The notes beneath the pieces were generated by a model. That model did no database searches and was not told the origin of the DNA. It saw nothing but the letters and a program-made list of their open reading frames with translations. This document shows, piece by piece, positions 58,112 to 64,000 of a stretch of DNA of 64,000 nucleotides. A program made the position numbers and the translations under genes. Source of the DNA: an uncultured delta proteobacterium. GTDB lineage: Bacteria > Myxococcota > Myxococcia > Myxococcales > Myxococcaceae. The stretch is taken from the NCBI GenBank assembly GCA_963713045.1, contig CAVQKE010000005.1, positions 160,001 to 224,000 on the forward strand. The letters run 5' to 3'. Position 1 is the first letter of the stretch. Each line of letters opens with the position of its first letter.

Positions 58112-59200
58112 TTAGCTTGCCTTCTTCTTGATGGCTGCGCTCTTGGATTCGATGACCGCCATCAGCTCAGTCCAGGAAGAGACGAAGGCCTTGGCGCCCT
58201 CCTCCTGAAGCCTCGCGGCCAATGCGTCCACGTCCACGCCAGCGTGGCCGAATTGTGACAACACGACTTCGCAGTCTCCGCCGTCGACCGGGAGCAGAGC
58301 CCCAATCTCCCCGTGGTCGGCCAGCACCTTCAAGGTGCTTTCCGGCATGGTGTTCACTGTGAAGGGGGCGGCCAGGCCTTTGACGTAGAGGACGTCCGAG
58401 GCGTGCGGGTCCTTGGTGCCGGTGCTTGCCCACAAGAGACGCTGAGGCCGAGCGCCAGCGTTGTAGATGCGCTGCCAGCGCGGCGTGTCGAGCAGCTTTC
58501 GGTAGGCGGCATAGGCGCGTTTGGCAATGGCGGTCCCGAGCTGATTGGTCAACGGCGCGGCCACCTCCCCGGCGACGGCCACATCCCAGCGGCTGATGAA
58601 AAGCGAAGCCACCGACCCCACCCCCGCGTGCAGCCCGGCGTCGATGCGCCGCTCGATGCCACGCAAGTACGCCTCTGCGGCGGCGAGGTACTGCTCCCGA
58701 GAGAAGAGCAGCGTGACGTTGATGGGAATGCCAGCGAAAATTGCCTCTTCAATCGCGGGCAGCCCCTGCTTCGTTCCTGGGATTTTGATGAAGAGGTTGG
58801 GCCGAGCAGCGCGCGAGCACAGGTCCTTGGCCGCCACCAGCGTACTCGCCGTGTCGTAGGCAAGCTGGGGAGAGACTTCGAGTGACACCCAGCCATCAAC
58901 GCCGTCGGTTTGCTGGTGAATGGGCCGGAAGAGGTCCGCCGCTTGTCGGAGGTCTTCGATGGCGAGTTCGAAGAAGAGCGCTTCTCCCGACTTTCCCTCA
59001 GCCATCTTGGTCTGAATCGCTGTGTCGTAGTCCGAGCTGTTGCTGATGGCGTGGTCAAAAATGGTGGGGTTCGACGTCAGCCCGGTGACGCTGAGCTGGT
59101 CGATGTAGCGTCGCAGCGTGCCCGAGGTGAGGAGGGTGCGCGTGATGTTGTCCAGCCAGATGCTTTGGCCGAGGTCGTGGAGAATCTTCGTCGCCTTCAT
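58112..59200 (-). CDS. tal: Transaldolase (about 360-aa, actinobacterial/plant-like type)
   Basis: SIWLD, TSNPTIF, VSLEVSP, IKIPGT, NVTLLFS, LLWASTGTKDP. Confidence 0.95.
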   Translation of the reverse strand: MKATKILHDLGQSIWLDNITRTLLTSGTLRRYIDQLSVTGLTSNPTIFDHAISNSSDYDTAIQTKMAEGKSGEALFFELAIEDLRQAADLFRPIHQQTDGVDGWVSLEVSPQLAYDTASTLVAAKDLCSRAARPNLFIKIPGTKQGLPAIEEAIFAGIPINVTLLFSREQYLAAAEAYLRGIERRIDAGLHAGVGSVASLFISRWDVAVAGEVAAPLTNQLGTAIAKRAYAAYRKLLDTPRWQRIYNAGARPQRLLWASTGTKDPHASDVLYVKGLAAPFTVNTMPESTLKVLADHGEIGALLPVDGGDCEVVLSQFGHAGVDVDALAARLQEEGAKAFVSSWTELMAVIESKSAAIKKKAS

Positions 59201-59412
59201 GGTGACTCCTTCCTGAGAGACGACAAACCCCGGGGGCAGCTGCGCCCGAAAGGGCCCCGGACCGGTCATACCCCTTCGTCGCCGAGGGTGACATCGGCTG
59301 TCCAGGCCGCGACACAGATGCTGCCCACACGCCGGCCGGCCGCTCTCACTCCTGGCGAGGTGGTTGTCACCCAAATGCCCCAAGCCATTTCCACGGCAGC
59401 TGCCCAGTTGGG

Positions 59413-61062
59413 TCAGGGAAGGTTGAGGGCGGCTTGAACCATGCGCTGCGCTTCCTCCACCAGGGCTTCGAGGTGCGCCGGGCTGCGGAAGCTTTCCGCA
59501 TACACCTTGTAAATGTCCTCCGTCCCGGAGGGCCGCGCGGCGAACCACCCGCTGGCAGTTGAAACTTTGAGTCCACCGATGAGAGCGCCGTTGCCGGGGG
59601 CACGCGTCAGCTTCGACGTGATGGGCTCGCCGGCGAGCGTCGACTCGCGGACGGCCTCTGCAGACAACTTTTGCAGTTTGGCCTTCTGCTCCGGAGACGC
59701 AGGGGCGTCGATTCGGGTGGAATAGGGCGTCCCCAATTCCGCGGTCAGCGCCAGGAATTGCTCTCCCGGGTCCTTCCCGAGGCGAGCGGTCATCTCTGCG
59801 GCCAAGAGATTGGGGACGATGCCGTCCTTGTCGGTCGTCCACACCCTGCCGTCCTTGCGCAGGAAGGTCGCCCCGGAGCTCTCTTCACCGCCAAAACCGA
59901 GGCTGCCATCCATCAACCCCTCGACGAACCATTTGAAGCCCACCGGGACTTCAAACAACCTTCGGCCGAGGCGTGCCGTCACTCGGTCAATCATGCTGCT
60001 GCTCACCACCGTCTTGCCGACCGCCGCCGAGGCTTTCCACCCGGGACGTTGCGTGTAGAGGTAGGCGATGGCTGCCGACAGGTAGTGGTTTGGCTGAAGA
60101 AGACCCTGGCTGTGGCTGACCACCCCATGTCGGTCAGCGTCGGTGTCGCTGGCAAAGGCGACATCGAATTTGTCCTTGAGGCCAACCAAACGGGCCATCG
60201 CATACGGAGAGGACGGGTCCATCCGGATTTGCCCGTCCCAGTCGACAGTCATGAACCGGAAGGTCGGGTCCACCACCGGGTTGACCACCTCGAGGTTGAG
60301 TCGGTAACGCTGGCCGATGGCCCCCCAGTAAGCCACGCTTGCCCCCCCCAACGGGTCAACCCCCATCCGGACCTTGGCTGCCCGGACCGACTCCAGGTCA
60401 ATCACCGAGGAGAGGTCCCCGACATAACCCTCGAGATAGTCGTAGCCGTGGGTGGTGGCGGCACTCCGCGCGCGGCCGAAGGGGATGCGGCGAACTTCCC
60501 GCAACCCGTCGGCGAGGAATGCGTTTGCCTGCTCCTCAATCCAGCTGGTGACGGCGTTCTCCGCAGGCCCACCGTGCGGCGGGTCATACTTGAAACCCCC
60601 GAAACGCGGAGGGTTGTGAGACGGAGTGATGACAATGCCATCCGCCAGTCCGCGCTCTCGCCCTCGGTTGTAACCAAGCACGGCGTGAGAGATGACCGGT
60701 GTCGGGGTATAGCCGCCATCCACCGCGAGCATCACCTCCACCTGATTGGCGGCCAGAACTTCGAGGGCAGTTGCGAAGGCCGGTTCCGACAGCGCGTGGG
60801 TGTCAATCCCGAGAAAAAGCGGCCCGTCGATGCCCTTTGCCTTGCGGTACAGGCAGATGGCCTGCGTGATGGCCAGGATGTGCGCCTCGTTGAAGGCGTC
60901 ATCGAGGGAGGAGCCGCGATGGCCTGAGGTCCCAAAGGCGACGCGCTGAGACGGCACCGACGGGTCCGGGCGCCCGGTGTAGTACGCCGTCACCAGCCGG
61001 GGCACGTTCACCAGAATCGACGCTTCGGCCGGCTTTCCGGCGAGGGGGCTGATTTCCTCCAT
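59413..61062 (-). CDS. pgm: Phosphoglucomutase
   Basis: [32 protein letters not shown]. Confidence 0.97.
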   Translation of the reverse strand: MEEISPLAGKPAEASILVNVPRLVTAYYTGRPDPSVPSQRVAFGTSGHRGSSLDDAFNEAHILAITQAICLYRKAKGIDGPLFLGIDTHALSEPAFATALEVLAANQVEVMLAVDGGYTPTPVISHAVLGYNRGRERGLADGIVITPSHNPPRFGGFKYDPPHGGPAENAVTSWIEEQANAFLADGLREVRRIPFGRARSAATTHGYDYLEGYVGDLSSVIDLESVRAAKVRMGVDPLGGASVAYWGAIGQRYRLNLEVVNPVVDPTFRFMTVDWDGQIRMDPSSPYAMARLVGLKDKFDVAFASDTDADRHGVVSHSQGLLQPNHYLSAAIAYLYTQRPGWKASAAVGKTVVSSSMIDRVTARLGRRLFEVPVGFKWFVEGLMDGSLGFGGEESSGATFLRKDGRVWTTDKDGIVPNLLAAEMTARLGKDPGEQFLALTAELGTPYSTRIDAPASPEQKAKLQKLSAEAVRESTLAGEPITSKLTRAPGNGALIGGLKVSTASGWFAARPSGTEDIYKVYAESFRSPAHLEALVEEAQRMVQAALNLP

Positions 61063-61087
61063 GGCTGGCTCACCTCAACTGCGTCGT

Positions 61088-63580
61088 TTACCTCACCGGA
61101 CAGGGCCTCAAGTCCCAAATGTCTGAAGCGTATTCGTGGATGGTCCGGTCGCTCGAGAATTTCCCGGACGCAGCCACATTGAGGATGGCCTTGCGTGCCC
61201 ACTGCTCCGGGTTTGCGTAGAGCTCCACCAGTCGCCCATCCGTCGTGAGATAGGCCGAGAGATCCGCCAGGTGCAGGTAGCGGTCGCCGCCGGTAAGCAA
61301 GGCCCATTTCAGTGGCTCGAAAATCCCTGGCTCGTTGCGGCTGAAGTAGTTCGAGAAAATGAGGTCCAATGCGGCTCGGGTCTCCGGTTCGTGGTTGTAG
61401 TGCCAGTACGGGTCGTACCCGCCGGCGCTGGCGGCGACCTGCTCGGCGGTAAGGCCGAAGAGGAAGAAGTTTTCTTCCCCCGCTTCCTGTGCCATCTCGA
61501 TGGTCGCACCGTCCCGCGTGCCCAGCGTCAGGGCCCCGTTCATCATGAACTTCATGTTGCTCGTCCCACTGGCCTCGTATCCTGCCGTGGAAATTTGGTT
61601 GGAGACGTCGCTCGCCGGAATCAGCTTCTCGGCCAGCGTCACCGAATAGTCGGGCACGAAGAGGACCTTCAGCCGCCCCTTGACGACTGGGTCTCCGTCG
61701 ATGGTGGCCGCCAGGTTGTTGAGGAACTTGATGATGAGTTTCGCCAGTTGGTAGGCAGGCGCCGCCTTTCCGGCAAAGAAGAACGTGCGCGGCAGCATGT
61801 CTAAGTTCGGCGTCGCCCGAATGCGGTTGTAGAGCACGACAATCCGCAGCGCGTTGAGAAGCTGCCGCTTGTACTCATGAATGCGTTTGATTTGGCAGTC
61901 GAAGATGGTCCCGGGGTCGGCCGTTAGGCCCCAGGTGCGCTTCAGCCAATTCCCAAATTCCACCTTCGCGCGTCGCTTCGCCTTCTGAAACTCGGCACGA
62001 AAGGCGCTGTCCTCCGCGTTTGGCCTGAGCCCCTTCAGCTCCTCCAGGTGGGTCCGCCACTCATCGCCGATGGCCGAGGAGATGATCTCGGACAAGGCAG
62101 GGTTGGCGCCGAGCAGCCATCGCCGCGGCGTGACGCCGTTGGTCTTGTTGTTGAAACGTTCGGGGAAAAGCTCCGCCAGGTCCTTCACCGTTACCTTCTG
62201 CAAGAGCGCCGAGTGAATGGCCGAAACACCGTTGGTGCTGTGCGAGCCGACAATGGCAACATTGGCCATCCGGATTTTTTGCACCGGTCCCTCCTCCACC
62301 AGACTGACCCGCTGAACACGGCCCTCGTCGCCCGGGAAGCGGCGGCGAACGTCATCCAAGAGGCGTCGGTTCACCTCGAAGAGAAGCTCCAAGTGCCGGG
62401 GCAAGGCGAGCTGGAACCATTCGAGCGGCCACTTCTCGAGCGCCTCCGGTAGCAACGTGTGGTTGGTGAAAGCCAGGGTCCGGCGGGTAAGGTCCCAGGC
62501 CTCGTTCCATCCGAGGTGGGCTTCGTCGAGCAGGATGCGCAGCAGTTCCGGGACGGAAAGCGCGGGGTGGGTGTCGTTGAGATGGACGGCCACCTGTTCC
62601 GGAAGCGCGCTCCAGCTGGCGTTGGTACGGCGAAACCGCCGAATCAAGTCGGCCAACGAGCAAGCCACCAGGAAGTATTCCTGCACAAAGCGCAACGCCT
62701 GCCCCTCGCTGGTGGAGTCGTCGGGGTAAAGCACTCGGGTAACGGTTTCCGCGCCGAGCGTTTCGGCCACCGCACCGACGAAGTCGCCATGGCTAAACTC
62801 GGAAAAGTCGAAATAGTCCGGTGCGCTGGCTGCCCACAGCCGAAGCGTGTTGATGGTGCGGCCGCCATAGCCGACCATCGGTCGGTCGTAGGGAACCCCA
62901 AACCATGAGGTGCTGCGGCCGGGAGTCGCCCTGAGGACCCCCTTCTGGACATCGAACGTACAGTTGAGCTTCACCTCGACCCGAGCATCGGGACGCGCCA
63001 CCTCCCACGGGTCGGGCCGCCACAGCCAGCGTTCCGGTTTCTCAACTTGCCAGCCATTCACAATTTTCTGGCGGAAAATGCCGTATTCATACCGAAGCCC
63101 GTACCCCATCGCTGGCAACTCCAGGGTGGCGAGCGAGTCCATGAAACACGCTGCCAGACGACCGAGTCCCCCGTTCCCCAGCCCCGCATCCGCCTCCTGC
63201 GCCAGCACCTCAGCCCAGTCGATGTGCCCCTCGCGAACCGCCTCCTCGGTGATGCTTTCCAGGAGGAGGTTGGTGACGTTGGACGCCAGCGAGCGGCCGA
63301 GCAGATATTCCATCGACAGGTAGTAAAGCCGCTTGGGACTGGCACGCTGGTAGGTGGTCTCGGTCCGGATCCACCGCTGGGACAAGATGTCGCGCACCGA
63401 GCGCGCAAAGGCCTCAAACTTCTCTCGCGGCGTGACGTCCGACAACTCGAGGATGTTGTCGAAAACCAGGTGCCGGTCGTAGAAGGCCACCTCCGGACCC
63501 ACCAAGGGCACCGGCCCGCAGCCATAGTCGAGCATCGGGTCCGACAACTCCTTGGGCCCTGGCTTCGGAATGACTGCCAC
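61088..63580 (-). CDS. glgP: Glycogen/starch/maltodextrin phosphorylase
   Basis: GLGNGGLGRLAACF, LNDTHP, NGVTPRRW, KRIHEYKRQ, EASGTSNMK (PLP Lys), FSSDRTI. Confidence 0.97.
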   Translation of the reverse strand: MAVIPKPGPKELSDPMLDYGCGPVPLVGPEVAFYDRHLVFDNILELSDVTPREKFEAFARSVRDILSQRWIRTETTYQRASPKRLYYLSMEYLLGRSLASNVTNLLLESITEEAVREGHIDWAEVLAQEADAGLGNGGLGRLAACFMDSLATLELPAMGYGLRYEYGIFRQKIVNGWQVEKPERWLWRPDPWEVARPDARVEVKLNCTFDVQKGVLRATPGRSTSWFGVPYDRPMVGYGGRTINTLRLWAASAPDYFDFSEFSHGDFVGAVAETLGAETVTRVLYPDDSTSEGQALRFVQEYFLVACSLADLIRRFRRTNASWSALPEQVAVHLNDTHPALSVPELLRILLDEAHLGWNEAWDLTRRTLAFTNHTLLPEALEKWPLEWFQLALPRHLELLFEVNRRLLDDVRRRFPGDEGRVQRVSLVEEGPVQKIRMANVAIVGSHSTNGVSAIHSALLQKVTVKDLAELFPERFNNKTNGVTPRRWLLGANPALSEIISSAIGDEWRTHLEELKGLRPNAEDSAFRAEFQKAKRRAKVEFGNWLKRTWGLTADPGTIFDCQIKRIHEYKRQLLNALRIVVLYNRIRATPNLDMLPRTFFFAGKAAPAYQLAKLIIKFLNNLAATIDGDPVVKGRLKVLFVPDYSVTLAEKLIPASDVSNQISTAGYEASGTSNMKFMMNGALTLGTRDGATIEMAQEAGEENFFLFGLTAEQVAASAGGYDPYWHYNHEPETRAALDLIFSNYFSRNEPGIFEPLKWALLTGGDRYLHLADLSAYLTTDGRLVELYANPEQWARKAILNVAASGKFSSDRTIHEYASDIWDLRPCPVR

Positions 63581-63736
63581 GGTCGTTCCTCCGGCTGTCG
63601 TCAGGACTCTTATCGAGGGTGGCCCTCAACGCCAAGGCCACTCTGGCCACCGTGCCGCCGAAGTTTCCACTGGGGAACAGGATGTTCACACCGTCGTCGC
63701 CTCTCCTCCGGGCCGCAGCAACGGAAAACAGTCTGT

Positions 63737-64000
63737 TTACTCGCGGTAGGACCAGCCGACGGTCAAGGCCAGAAGGTAGTCGGTGTGGGCCGCGGTCGGG
63801 TCGGGAGGCTGCGTGTCGAAGGTAAAGGAGAAGTTGGTGCCGACAAAAAAATCTTTGAAAACTTCGTATTTGATTTGAAATTTCAGGGTGCCGCGCGTCC
63901 TCCACAACTCATTGAGGACAGGCACCAGCTGCAGCGATGTTTCAGCAGTGAGCTTTGGACTGTCGTAAATAAAAGCCTCCCATCCCGCGCCCCCATAGAC
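63737..64000 (-). CDS. C-terminal part of a probable outer-membrane beta-barrel protein (DUF481-like), truncated by the window edge
   Basis: Frame is open to the window end. Alternating aromatic beta-strands ending ...YLLALTVGWSYRE. Confidence 0.55.
   Translation of the reverse strand, partial: VYGGAGWEAFIYDSPKLTAETSLQLVPVLNELWRTRGTLKFQIKYEVFKDFFVGTNFSFTFDTQPPDPTAAHTDYLLALTVGWSYRE

Noticed and set aside
59266..59388. 40-codon minus-strand ORF (MAWGIWVTT...) between pgm and tal
   Set aside because: It has no clear RBS, no recognisable motif and atypical codon usage.

Overview
High-GC (roughly 70%) chromosomal segment, almost certainly from a myxobacterium, most likely Cystobacterineae/Myxococcaceae-like. 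The evidence is the sgmT - TPR - agmH - bacNOP - padC block at 1-7.3 kb, whose order matches Myxococcus xanthus as I recall it. Most genes are on the minus strand. The rest of the window, left to right: an OmpA-family protein; the xseA-xseB-ispA-dxs-tlyA operon; an ECF sigma/anti-sigma/lipoprotein unit; an ExbB/ExbD-like pair; a PAS-GGDEF diguanylate cyclase; an acyl-CoA dehydrogenase with a MaoC pair and an amine-dehydrogenase-like gene; a HEAT-cyclophilin; a lone SNF2 ATPase followed by small ORFs; a lipid kinase and a receiver protein; the aspS-recJ-secF-secD-yajC-tgt-queA-spoIID housekeeping run; two tandem KamA-family radical SAM genes with an SDR; and, from about 49.5 kb to the end, a glucan-phosphorolysis/oxidative pentose-phosphate cluster (glgP-pgm-tal-pgi-DUF2090-gnd-zwf-phosphatase-pgl-aldose epimerase). 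Two IS elements are resolved to the base. One is a decayed IS630 just upstream of a frameshifted queA. The other is an intact IS3-family (IS2-like) element with a 4-bp target duplication that splits the aldose epimerase gene. I saw no rRNA, tRNA or CRISPR array. I cannot claim a proven novel system. The best leads are the tandem aminomutase pair, the sugar-phosphate operon with a stand-alone DUF2090 aldolase, and the amine-dehydrogenase/MaoC/ACAD block. All assignments come from motif recognition by eye; no database search was run.
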